Shown piece after piece: positions 9,801 through 17,618 of a stretch of 64,000 nucleotides of DNA. The translations under genes were made by a program, and so were the position numbers. The notes under the pieces were generated by a model. It did no database searches. It was given only the letters and a program-made list of their open reading frames with translations, and was not told the origin of the DNA. Each line of letters starts with the position of its first letter. The stretch's first letter is position 1. This DNA is from an uncultured Gemmatimonadales bacterium (GTDB taxonomy: Bacteria > Gemmatimonadota > Gemmatimonadetes > Gemmatimonadales > GWC2-71-9): contig CAWHFW010000005.1 in NCBI GenBank assembly GCA_963828735.1, positions 1,120,001 to 1,184,000 on the forward strand, read 5' to 3'.

Positions 9801-9944
9801 CGCCAGGTGCTCGACACGCTGGCCACCTTCAGCATTCGCAGGCCCGGCGATCTCCGCAGCCGATTGCTGGCTGCCTACGTCACCTCGGCGGAGATCCAGC
9901 GGGCCATGGCGAGCGACGCAGGGGCCAGCATCTCGCAGCGGTAG
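6891..9944 (+). CDS. fused multi-TM (MFS-like) / spermidine-synthase-like SAM-binding protein
   Basis: About 13 hydrophobic segments with duplicated SG.A.LIYE..W.R motifs, then NGKTDAS, VIGQGSG, IEIEP, IDDA and FDMIMSEPSNPW; helical C-terminal tail. Confidence 0.85.
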   Translation: MTPILCVIFVLSGAAGLIYESIWTRYLGLFVGHDAYAQILVLVIFLGGMSLGAIAVSRRSERLRHPLHGYVAVEFAVGCLGLVFHDLYQVATGWAYASVFPSLAGSWGLTAAKWTIAGALILPQSVLLGMTFPLMSAGVLRLVPGRPGRTLALLYFANSLGAAVGVLVAGFYLVDAAGLSGTLAAAASLNLIVAAGTMGAIVAQRSRAAADPAPSEPVAEPPADSGDLPRLLLFASFATAVASFIYEIAWNRMLALVLGSATHAFELMLSAFILGLALGAWCIRSRADRLADPLRTLGAVQWIMGGLALATLPLYIRSFGWTASLIATFAPTDAGYTGYTLARYALCLVIMLPATFCAGMTLPLITRILLGLRTGERAIGAVYGWNTLGSIAGVILAGLLLLPAVGLHALLILGALIDMGVGILLLRRAGRGSRADRLVPAAVFASLAAAVLAWGGVRFDRVLLSSGVYRTGSLLTPKDREVRFYRDGRTASVTAARIRGNDQLYLATNGKTDASLSMEWFAGCDSTRGPVPLAQDGATQALLPLITMAYAPHARSAAVIGQGSGMSSHLMLGNPELRELVTIEIEPQMVAGSRIFYPANRRAFDDPRSHLVIDDAKSYFASASRRFDMIMSEPSNPWVSGVSGLFTTEFYGRVRTYLSDDGVFGQWLHVYELDDELVLSVIAALHHNFASYEIYLVPSGDLLVVASNRSKLPAPDWSVLGLPAIRTDLCAFRPLEPATVEALHLVGRRELAPLLNQGSVVANSDFFPVLDLGAERRRFRHDFAVGFPALSTDWFNLLSSMRRRPVPPASDPVASVPENPRVSARATGALLRTSAAEGRTDTIASPAAAQAVFLWQQWRAARDRSPSDWEMWTDQVRLVEQYRNGGTAGVSDDAFYSDVERTMDRFGAPAAARDVIAFRKNLAAWKFAEAASAADRLLPVAMRDHRWITADELRDGAVFAKLNSGDIRGARQVLDTLATFSIRRPGDLRSRLLAAYVTSAEIQRAMASDAGASISQR

Positions 9945-9957
9945 CGGCAAAAGGCAA

Positions 9958-9979
9958 CGGTCGGGGAATTCCCCGACCG
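9958..9979. terminator. hairpin between convergent genes
   Basis: Perfect palindrome CGGTCGGGGAATTCCCCGACCG; T-rich tail on the minus strand (TTGCCTTTT). Confidence 0.65.
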
Positions 9980-10012
9980 CCGGATCATGCAGCAGCGATT
10001 CCCCCGCTGCGT

Positions 10013-11401
10013 CTACACCTTCACCTCCACCTGCTCCTCGTACCGGCTGAGCTTCCGGTACAGGGTGCTCGGGTCGATGCCCAGCACCTCGGCCGCGCGC
10101 GTCTTGTTCCCGCCCTCCGCCTGCAGGACCCACATGATATACGCGCGTTCGATCACCTCCAGCGTCGGGTTCCGATAGGACCGCTCGGCGACGAGCGGCT
10201 CCTTCCGCCGCTTGGTGATCCGCTCGGGCAGCGAGGAGGCCTCGATGAGGTTGCCGCGGCTCAGCACGGTGGCGTGCTCGAGGGCGTTCTCCAGCTCGCG
10301 CACGTTGCCGGGCCACTCGTACACCATGACGGCATCGAGCGCCTCGGATGCCAGCGCCTTGGGCTCGCCGCCGGCGTCGCCGGCATCGCCGGCGAGCTGC
10401 TGAAGGAATGACTCGATCAGGAGCAGCAGATCGTCCCGCCGATCACGGAGCGGCGGCAGGTTGAGTGCGATGACGTTGAGGCGGTAGAACAGGTCGGAGC
10501 GGAAGTTCCCGCGCCGGATCTCTTCCTCGAGGTCCCGGTTGGTGGCCGCGATGATCCGGACGTCCACCGGGATCGCCTCGGTGGCGCCGACCGGAATGGC
10601 CTCGCGCTCCTGGAGCACCCGGAGAAGCTTGACCTGCAGCGAGGGCGGCATCTCGCCCACCTCGTCGAGGAAGAAGCTCCCGCCCCGTGCGGCGGCGAAC
10701 AGGCCCTGTTTGTCCCGCACCGCGCCGGTGAAGCTCCCCTTCACGTGACCGAACAGCTCGCTCTCGAGCAGGTTCTCGGGCAGCGCGCCGCAGTTGATCG
10801 AGAGGAACGGCCCGTCGACCCGGTTGGAAAGGTTGTGCACGTAGCGGGCGACGACCTCCTTGCCCGTGCCGCTCTCGCCCTGGATCAGCACGGTCGAGTC
10901 GGTCGGGGCCACGTGCTCGGCGAGCTTGAGGACCTCGAGGAACCGCTTGGACTTGCCGATCGGTCGGGTGACGGTGGTTTTGTCGCGGCGGCGGATCTCC
11001 TGCTTGAGTTGCTTGTTCTCGACCCGCACCTGCCGGAACTCGCACGCCCGGCGGAGGATCGCGATCAGCTCGTCGTTGCTGAATGGCTTCTGGATGTAGT
11101 AGAAGGCGCCGGAGTTGACCGCGCCGATGGCGCTCTGGAGAGAGGCCTGTGCCGTCATGAGGATGACCGGCGTCATCGGGTCCTGCTCACGGGCGGCGTT
11201 GAGGATGTCGAGCCCGCTCACCTGCGGCATCCGCACGTCGGAGAGGATGAGGTCGTGGGTGCCCGAGCGGATCTGCTCGAGGCCGGCCTTGCCGCCCTGC
11301 GCGGTCGTCACCTCGAACCCTTCGTTCCGGAGCAGGATACGAAGGGTGTCGAGGATGCCGGATTCGTCGTCCACGACCAACACCGAAGGCTTGTAGCTCA
11401 T
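10013..11401 (-). CDS. sigma-54-dependent response regulator (PilR-like)
   Basis: MSYKPSVLVVDDE REC domain; GESGTGKE, GSFTGA, WPGNVREL; HTH GGNKTRAAEVLGI. Confidence 0.92.
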   Translation of the reverse strand: MSYKPSVLVVDDESGILDTLRILLRNEGFEVTTAQGGKAGLEQIRSGTHDLILSDVRMPQVSGLDILNAAREQDPMTPVILMTAQASLQSAIGAVNSGAFYYIQKPFSNDELIAILRRACEFRQVRVENKQLKQEIRRRDKTTVTRPIGKSKRFLEVLKLAEHVAPTDSTVLIQGESGTGKEVVARYVHNLSNRVDGPFLSINCGALPENLLESELFGHVKGSFTGAVRDKQGLFAAARGGSFFLDEVGEMPPSLQVKLLRVLQEREAIPVGATEAIPVDVRIIAATNRDLEEEIRRGNFRSDLFYRLNVIALNLPPLRDRRDDLLLLIESFLQQLAGDAGDAGGEPKALASEALDAVMVYEWPGNVRELENALEHATVLSRGNLIEASSLPERITKRRKEPLVAERSYRNPTLEVIERAYIMWVLQAEGGNKTRAAEVLGIDPSTLYRKLSRYEEQVEVKV

Positions 11402-13056
11402 GCGGCATCCTCCGCCATCATCTTGGCGGGCAGAAAGATAGTGAAGGTCGTGCCCGTCCCGGGACCGGAGTCCACCAGCACCAGGCCCCGGTGCGCCTGG
11501 ACGGCCCGCTGCACGATGGCGAGGCCGAGGCCGCTGCCGCCCGGCCGCCCCGAAACGAACGGGTCGAACAGGCGATCCCGGATGTCGGTCGGAATGCCGG
11601 GGCCGTCGTCCCGCACCTGCAGCCGGACCGCGTGGTCCAGGTTCGTCCCGTGGGGAATCTCGGGACCTTGCACGGCGGCCACGCTCACGGTGATGCGAAT
11701 CGGGCCGCGCGCGGCCTGCACCGCGTTGAGCACCAGGTTGGCGATGACGCGGTGCAGCAGGTCCTCGTCCGCGTCCAGCATCGTGCGGCCGCCTTCGATC
11801 GTGATCGCGGCGTCCGGCCGGCACTCGGGATGCGCCCGGATGAGCCGCACCACCGCGACCACCACGGCGTGCAGGTCCAGCGGCACGAAGTGGGTGGCCC
11901 GCACCCGGGCGAAGTCGAGGAACTCGCTCAACAGCCGGCTCAGGCGGTCGCTCTCGCGGACGATGAGACCGGCGAGAAACCGCTCGTCGTCGTCGGCGTG
12001 CTTGGAGCGGGCGAGCTGCTCGACCGAGCTTCGGATCGAGGCAAGCGGGTTCCGGATCTCGTGCGCGAGTGACGCGCTCAGCGCGGCCACCGATTCCAGG
12101 CGCTCGGCACGGGCCTGGAGCTCCTGCACTTCCTTGAGGTCCGAGATGTCCGTGAAGATGGCGGTCACCGACGGCGCATCCTGCGCTTCCTGCCGGAACG
12201 TGGTGGTGCTGAGGCCGATCGGAAAGATGCGGCCGCCCTGATGCATCACCATCCCCTCGCCACGGCTGATCTTCCGGCCGTTCCGGATACCAGCCACGAC
12301 CGCCGCCCAGAGCTCGGAGGAGCGGGTCTTGAGCTGGTCCAGGACCGGCGTCCCGATCAGCCCTTCGCCATCCAGGTCGAGCAGCTTCTGGCCCGTCGGA
12401 TTGATGAAGGCGAGCCGGCCGACTCCGTCCACCGTGAGCACGCCGGACCGGATGTTCCGCAGGATGTCGTCCGCCTCGAGCCTCACCCGCTTGAGCTCGA
12501 TGGTCAAGGTTTCCTGCTCCATCCCGGCCTCGCGCAGCCGGTGACCCAGCACCGCCACGATCGCGAACACCACGTTGAACACGACCACCTGCGCCCAGAA
12601 CGCGGTATCGGGAGCGCCGGCCCGGGTCAGGAACGCGTCGCCCAGGAACAGGGCCGAGGCGCAGATCGCGGTGAGCGCACCCCACGTGGGCGGCATGAGG
12701 AGCGCGTAGGCGGCCACCGCCAGGACGTACAGCGCGGGGAACGCCGACTGCGGCTGCCCGGCGAAGTGGACGATCGTGGTGACGACGCCCAGGTCCACCA
12801 GCGCCTGCACCATGAGGAAGCCGTTGCCCGCGGGGCGGCCGCGGACGAACACGTGCCACGCCCCGTACGCCGTGAACAGCAGGGCGACGACGACCGCGAG
12901 GGTGACGAGAAAGGATTCCTGCGGCCGCTCGGTCCAGACCAGGCCGGCGCCGAGCAGGATTCCAATGGCCAGCACCAACCGCCCGACGAAGAGCCAGGAC
13001 AGGAGGGTGCGCTGGTCGGGCAGGGTGCTGCGCCCAACCCGGCGGCGGTCAGGCAT
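11398..13056 (-). CDS. PilS-like sensor histidine kinase
   Basis: About 6 N-terminal TM helices, PAS domain (ILRNIRSGVLTVD), AHEIRNPLASI, DDGPG, GSGLGL; ATGA-coupled to the regulator. Confidence 0.88.
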   Translation of the reverse strand: MPDRRRVGRSTLPDQRTLLSWLFVGRLVLAIGILLGAGLVWTERPQESFLVTLAVVVALLFTAYGAWHVFVRGRPAGNGFLMVQALVDLGVVTTIVHFAGQPQSAFPALYVLAVAAYALLMPPTWGALTAICASALFLGDAFLTRAGAPDTAFWAQVVVFNVVFAIVAVLGHRLREAGMEQETLTIELKRVRLEADDILRNIRSGVLTVDGVGRLAFINPTGQKLLDLDGEGLIGTPVLDQLKTRSSELWAAVVAGIRNGRKISRGEGMVMHQGGRIFPIGLSTTTFRQEAQDAPSVTAIFTDISDLKEVQELQARAERLESVAALSASLAHEIRNPLASIRSSVEQLARSKHADDDERFLAGLIVRESDRLSRLLSEFLDFARVRATHFVPLDLHAVVVAVVRLIRAHPECRPDAAITIEGGRTMLDADEDLLHRVIANLVLNAVQAARGPIRITVSVAAVQGPEIPHGTNLDHAVRLQVRDDGPGIPTDIRDRLFDPFVSGRPGGSGLGLAIVQRAVQAHRGLVLVDSGPGTGTTFTIFLPAKMMAEDAA

Positions 13057-13138
13057 CGTCTCTCGACAGGCTCGGCGTGTGCACGGGGGTCCGCCGAAGA
13101 TAGAAAGGCGGACACCTCATTACAATCCATGCGACCCC

Positions 13139-14110
13139 ATGACTTGGCACGTCTATGTCGCCCGCTGCGGCGACGGCAGCCTCTATACCGGGATCACCAC
13201 CGACCCCGTCCGTCGCGCGGCGACCCACAACGCGGGCCGCGGCGCCAGCTACACCCGTGCGCGGCGACCCATCCGGCTGGTTCACGTCGAGACCGTCGTC
13301 GATCGGCCGGCCGCCCTGCGGCGTGAGATCGCCATCAAGCGCCTGCCGCGCCGTCTCAAGGAGCAGCTCGTGAACGAATCCACCCTGACCACGGAGTTCC
13401 GCGGCTTCGGTCCCGGCGCACTTCGGTTCCTCCGGCGCCTGGCCCGACACAACACCCGGGAATGGTTCGAGGGAAACCGCGCGGTCTACGAGACCGAGGT
13501 GCGGGACCCGCTGCGCGCGCTGGTGGAGGAGATGGACGTCCGCCTCGCCCGGGTCGCGCCCGAGCTCGTCGGCGACCCGCGACACTCGATCTTCCGGATT
13601 CACCGCGACGTCCGGTTCTCCAAGGACAAGTCACCATACAAGACCAACGCCGCCTGCCAGTTCTACCATCATGACGCCGGCCGAGGAGCCGGCCAGGACG
13701 CCGAGGGGGCCGGCGCGGGACTCTACTTCCAGCTCGCCGACGGCGAATGCTTCGTGGCCGGCGGGATCTGGATGCCGGCGAGGCCGGGGCTCGAAAAAAT
13801 TCGCGAGGCGCTCGCGGAGGATCCCGGTGCGCTCGACCGGATCGTCGCGGAACCAGCCTTCCGTCGGCGCTTCAAGTCCCTGACCCAGGAATCCATGCTG
13901 ACCCGGCTGCCGCGCGGCTACGCCGAGGGACACCCCGCGGAGCGGTGGCTCCGGTACAAGTCGTTCACGGCCTACCGGCCGCTCGCGGAGCGCGAGATCG
14001 GCAGCCCGCGTCTCGCAGCGACCCTCGAGCGGGACTTCGTCACGCTCGTGCCGCTGGTGCGATGGCTCAATGGGGCGATCGGGTATCGGGCGTGGGAGCG
14101 GAGATACTAG
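13139..14110 (+). CDS. GIY-YIG nuclease (UPF0213/YhbQ-like) fused to DUF2461 (TIGR02453)
   Basis: N-terminal WHVYVARCGDGSLYTGITTD...HNAGRGASYTR...ALRREIAIK; C-terminal FLRRLARHNTREWF, RIHRDVRFSKDKSPYK, GGIWMP; one uninterrupted frame. Confidence 0.85.
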   Translation: MTWHVYVARCGDGSLYTGITTDPVRRAATHNAGRGASYTRARRPIRLVHVETVVDRPAALRREIAIKRLPRRLKEQLVNESTLTTEFRGFGPGALRFLRRLARHNTREWFEGNRAVYETEVRDPLRALVEEMDVRLARVAPELVGDPRHSIFRIHRDVRFSKDKSPYKTNAACQFYHHDAGRGAGQDAEGAGAGLYFQLADGECFVAGGIWMPARPGLEKIREALAEDPGALDRIVAEPAFRRRFKSLTQESMLTRLPRGYAEGHPAERWLRYKSFTAYRPLAEREIGSPRLAATLERDFVTLVPLVRWLNGAIGYRAWERRY

Positions 14111-14183
14111 GTCGAGAAGCGGGCCGGCATCGGCTCGCCCGCTTGCCGGTTCGCCCGGCTATCCCCGAAGCGAGGCTTGCGTG

Positions 14184-14732
14184 TCAGGGCGCCGATCCGG
14201 GGGCCCGGCGGTCCATGCCGGGATACTTCGCCTGCTCGCGCGCCCGGCGCTCGCGCGCCTGCCGCGTGACCAGCGAGTTGGGCGCATCCAGGTTCGCGCC
14301 GTCATCCACGCCGACGCCCAGCCGGTCCACCAGCTCGCCGCCGAGCCACGCCGTCCCCATCACGATCACGATGCCGATCAGGCCGGCCGCGATCGCGCGC
14401 ATGGACGGCGCGCCGGGCGCGGGCCGCCGGATCAGCCAGCTGACGATGAAGAGACCCAGCACCACCACGTTTCCCGCGCCGTGGACCAGGCCGACCCGCT
14501 TGGCGCGCGTCTGGGGCGGTATCGCCCACCAGTCGATCCACCCGGGAATCGCGGCCGCGAGCCCGCCGACCAGCCCCGCGCCGATCAGGTAGAAGGCGAT
14601 CTCGGTCCAGCGGACATCGTCGTTGACCAGATAGATGAGGTCGAATACCACCGCGGTGGACAGGAGCCCGAGCGGGAAGACCACGAGCATCGGGTGCAGC
14701 GGATGCCCCACCAGCTTGATCCGGCTTTCCAT
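14184..14732 (-). CDS. DUF2231 membrane protein
   Basis: GHPLHPMLVVFP, GLVHG..N, WLGGELVDRLGVGV; SD GGAGG. Confidence 0.85.
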   Translation of the reverse strand: MESRIKLVGHPLHPMLVVFPLGLLSTAVVFDLIYLVNDDVRWTEIAFYLIGAGLVGGLAAAIPGWIDWWAIPPQTRAKRVGLVHGAGNVVVLGLFIVSWLIRRPAPGAPSMRAIAAGLIGIVIVMGTAWLGGELVDRLGVGVDDGANLDAPNSLVTRQARERRAREQAKYPGMDRRAPGSAP

Positions 14733-14803
14733 CGGTGGCCTCCTGGGGTAGCGTCGCCCTCCTCAAGATGAGGCGGAGAGGGAGCACGGGGAAGGCGGCG
14801 GCG

Positions 14804-17575
14804 TCAGCGGGCCGAGCGGTCGAGCGCCTCCCGGATGCGGACGACCAGGCTCTCCGGGGAGAACGGCTTCTGCAGGAAGGGATACGGCGATAGACGGACG
14901 CCCGGGTGCAGCTTGTCCCCGTCGCTGTACCCCGACATGTAGACGATCCGCACGTTCTGGTGGGCGGCCGCGATGCGGTCGGCGAGCTCGACGCCGCCCA
15001 TATCGGGCATGACGACATCGGTGAGTACGAGGTCGATGCCGTGGTCGGGGCGCTCGAGCACCTCGAGCGCCTCCCGGCCGTTCCTGGCCACCAGCACCGC
15101 ATACCCCTGCTGCTCCAGGACGCGCGAAGCCAGCACCCGGACCGCATCCTCATCCTCGACCAGGAGCACCGTCTCCGTGCCGCGCGTGAGCATCGGGGCA
15201 CGCTGGGTGACCTCGCCGGAGACCTCGTCCACCATCACGCGGGGGAAGCAGATCTTGAAGCTCGCGCCCTCCCCCGGCGCGCTGTCCACCCAGATGTACC
15301 CGCCGCTCTGCACCACGATGCCGTAGACCGTGGCGAGACCGAGGCCGGTGTTGAGGGTGGTGGGCTTGGTGGTGAAGAACGGCTCGAAGAGGTGGGTCTT
15401 CACTTCGGGGGTCATGCCCTGACCCGAGTCGCTCACGACGAGAAGGACGTAGGGGCCGGCGGGGATGTCCACGCCGAGGTGACGGTAGGCGTATCCCTCC
15501 GGAAAGTCCACGTCCATCGTCTCGATGGTGAGCTGACCGCCCCGTGTCATTGCGTCGCGCGCGTTCAGGGTCAGGTTCATCACGATCTGCTCCATCTGCC
15601 CGTAGTCCGCCTCGACGCCCCCCAGACCCGGGCTCAGGCTCGTCACGAGCGTGATGTCCTCGCCCAGGAGCGGACGCAGCATCCGCTCCATGCCTTCGAC
15701 GACCCCGTTCACGCTCAACGTCTCGCGAGCCACCACGCGGTGGCGCCCGAACCCCAGGAGCTGGCGGGTGAGGTGCATCGCCCGCTCGGCGGCCTTCCGG
15801 ATCTCGTCGGCGTCGCCGCGGCGGGGGTCCTCGATCTCGAGCGCTCCCAGCAGGAAGTCGCTGAAGCCGAGGATGATCATCATCATGTTGTTGAGATCGT
15901 GCGCCACCCCGCCCGCGAAGCGTCCCACCGCTTCCATCTTTTGCGCCTGACGCACCTGCTGCTCTGCCTCGATGCGTTGCGTGATGTCGCGGCCGACGCC
16001 CACGATGCCGACGACGTCCCCGTCCGCCGAACGGAGGGGGGAGAGCGTCGTCTGCATGTGCCGCAGACCCCGATCGGACTCGCGGGTCCACTCGTAGGTG
16101 ACCGTCTCGCCGCCGAGGGCGCGCTGGTTGGCGCGCTCGTGCACGCCGGGGTCCGCCGCGCCGACGATGTCGGTCGTGGTGCGGCCCAGGAAGTCATGGG
16201 GCTCGAAGCCCTCGCGCTCGAGCCAGCGGCCGAAGATGTCGACGCAGCGCTGGTTCCGATCGAGCCGGAAGACCACGTCGTCGATGCCTTCGACCAGCGT
16301 CCGGAAGCGCTCCTCGCCCGCGCGGATCGCCGCGAGCGACGCCGTACGCTCGGCCAGCAGCATCTGATTGGAAGAGTGCGACGCCGCGCGCTCGAGCGCG
16401 GCGGAGAGGAGCCCCGCCACGAGGCGGATGGTGTGCACGTGCAGGTCGTTGAACGCGCGGGGCCGGCCGGACCAGATCGCAACGACGGCCTGGACGTCGT
16501 TCTGGGTGCCCGTCAGCGGCACCAGGATCGCCGACCGCACGCCGAGCACCTCGACCGCCGCTCTATCCACGCCCGCTTCGAGCAAGGCGTCATCGCAGCG
16601 GATGAGCTCGCCCGTGGCGTATGCCCGGCCGACCAGGCTCGCCTCCGGCGACAGCCGAAGCCCGATCTGTTCACGGGCCGTGCCGCTCGCTTCGCAGAGC
16701 ACGAGCTCGCCGTCGTCGGGCATGAAGACGCCGGCCGCCCCCGCCCACGTCAGCGCCTGGAGGCGCTCGGCGACCATGCGCATGACCCCGGCGAGGTCGG
16801 GCCCGGCCGTCGCCACGGCCTGCTGGGTGTCGATCACCGCCGCCAGTCGCTCGGCTTCCCGGGTGAGCACGCGCTTGGTCTGCCGCCAGCCCGTCACATC
16901 GCGGACGCAGGCGATGATCCCGTCGGCCGACGGCGTCACCCGCACCGAGAACCAGCGCTTGAGCGGGGCGAAGAACGCCTCGAACTCCACCTCGGACTGC
17001 TCCACCAGCGCGCGGAACGCCTCGGCCTGGAACCGCGACCCGACGAGGCCCGGAATGACGTCCCAGACGGACCGGCCGATGGGGTCCCCGCGTTCCGGAC
17101 CGAGCAGCCGCAGGTACTCCGCGGCTCGCGCATTGACCAGCGTGAGCCGCCACTCGTCGTCGCAGGCGAGATAGAGGTCGCTCACCCGGTCCAGCACGTC
17201 GCTGGCCTTGGGGCGCGCCGCTTCGAGCAGCAGCCCGCTCAGGCCCTCCGCCGTCGGAAACAGCCGCAGCTCGAGCAGCCGGCCGCTGACGGGGTCCCGC
17301 AGCGTATGGGTGACGGGAACGCGCTCGGTCACGGCGCGCAAGAGCGCGGCGCCGGCCGGCGTCTGCGCGAACGAGCGCGACGCGTCCCAGATGATCGTGC
17401 CGACCAGATCAGCGGAGGTGCCGATCAACTGGGGGAGAAGACGGGAGGCGGTTCGGTTGACGTAGGCGATTCGCCCGTCGGCGTCCAGGGCGAAGATCCC
17501 CTCGCCGATCCGGTCGAGGGCGTCCAATGAGCGGGCGGATTCGAGCAACCGGATTGGCCTTTGGTAGGAACGCAT
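14804..17575 (-). CDS. cytoplasmic hybrid histidine kinase (PAS-PAS-GAF-PAS-HisKA-HATPase-REC)
   Basis: PAS repeats, GAF domain, QAQKMEAVG...AHDLNN, NARDAM, FEPFFTTK, C-terminal VLLVEDE...DVVMP. Confidence 0.9.
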   Translation of the reverse strand: MRSYQRPIRLLESARSLDALDRIGEGIFALDADGRIAYVNRTASRLLPQLIGTSADLVGTIIWDASRSFAQTPAGAALLRAVTERVPVTHTLRDPVSGRLLELRLFPTAEGLSGLLLEAARPKASDVLDRVSDLYLACDDEWRLTLVNARAAEYLRLLGPERGDPIGRSVWDVIPGLVGSRFQAEAFRALVEQSEVEFEAFFAPLKRWFSVRVTPSADGIIACVRDVTGWRQTKRVLTREAERLAAVIDTQQAVATAGPDLAGVMRMVAERLQALTWAGAAGVFMPDDGELVLCEASGTAREQIGLRLSPEASLVGRAYATGELIRCDDALLEAGVDRAAVEVLGVRSAILVPLTGTQNDVQAVVAIWSGRPRAFNDLHVHTIRLVAGLLSAALERAASHSSNQMLLAERTASLAAIRAGEERFRTLVEGIDDVVFRLDRNQRCVDIFGRWLEREGFEPHDFLGRTTTDIVGAADPGVHERANQRALGGETVTYEWTRESDRGLRHMQTTLSPLRSADGDVVGIVGVGRDITQRIEAEQQVRQAQKMEAVGRFAGGVAHDLNNMMMIILGFSDFLLGALEIEDPRRGDADEIRKAAERAMHLTRQLLGFGRHRVVARETLSVNGVVEGMERMLRPLLGEDITLVTSLSPGLGGVEADYGQMEQIVMNLTLNARDAMTRGGQLTIETMDVDFPEGYAYRHLGVDIPAGPYVLLVVSDSGQGMTPEVKTHLFEPFFTTKPTTLNTGLGLATVYGIVVQSGGYIWVDSAPGEGASFKICFPRVMVDEVSGEVTQRAPMLTRGTETVLLVEDEDAVRVLASRVLEQQGYAVLVARNGREALEVLERPDHGIDLVLTDVVMPDMGGVELADRIAAAHQNVRIVYMSGYSDGDKLHPGVRLSPYPFLQKPFSPESLVVRIREALDRSAR

Positions 17576-17618
17576 GCAACCTAAGAAGGTCCGCTCCCAG
17601 GTGCCAGCCTCCGGTGCG

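Noticed and set aside
7038..10316. Long antisense and alternate-frame ORFs (e.g. 7038..10316, 14906..17530, 31159..33882, 42598..44949)
   Set aside because: Arg/Gly/Ala-rich shadow frames of well-supported genes, expected in high-GC DNA; no recognisable domains.
10013..12859. 948-aa ORF as a single large regulator
   Set aside because: Its N-terminal half overlaps the kinase in another frame; the real start is the ATGA-coupled Met at 11401.
13139..13380. Homing endonuclease or mobile intron
   Set aside because: The domain is the short YhbQ/UPF0213 type; no interrupted host gene or intron features.
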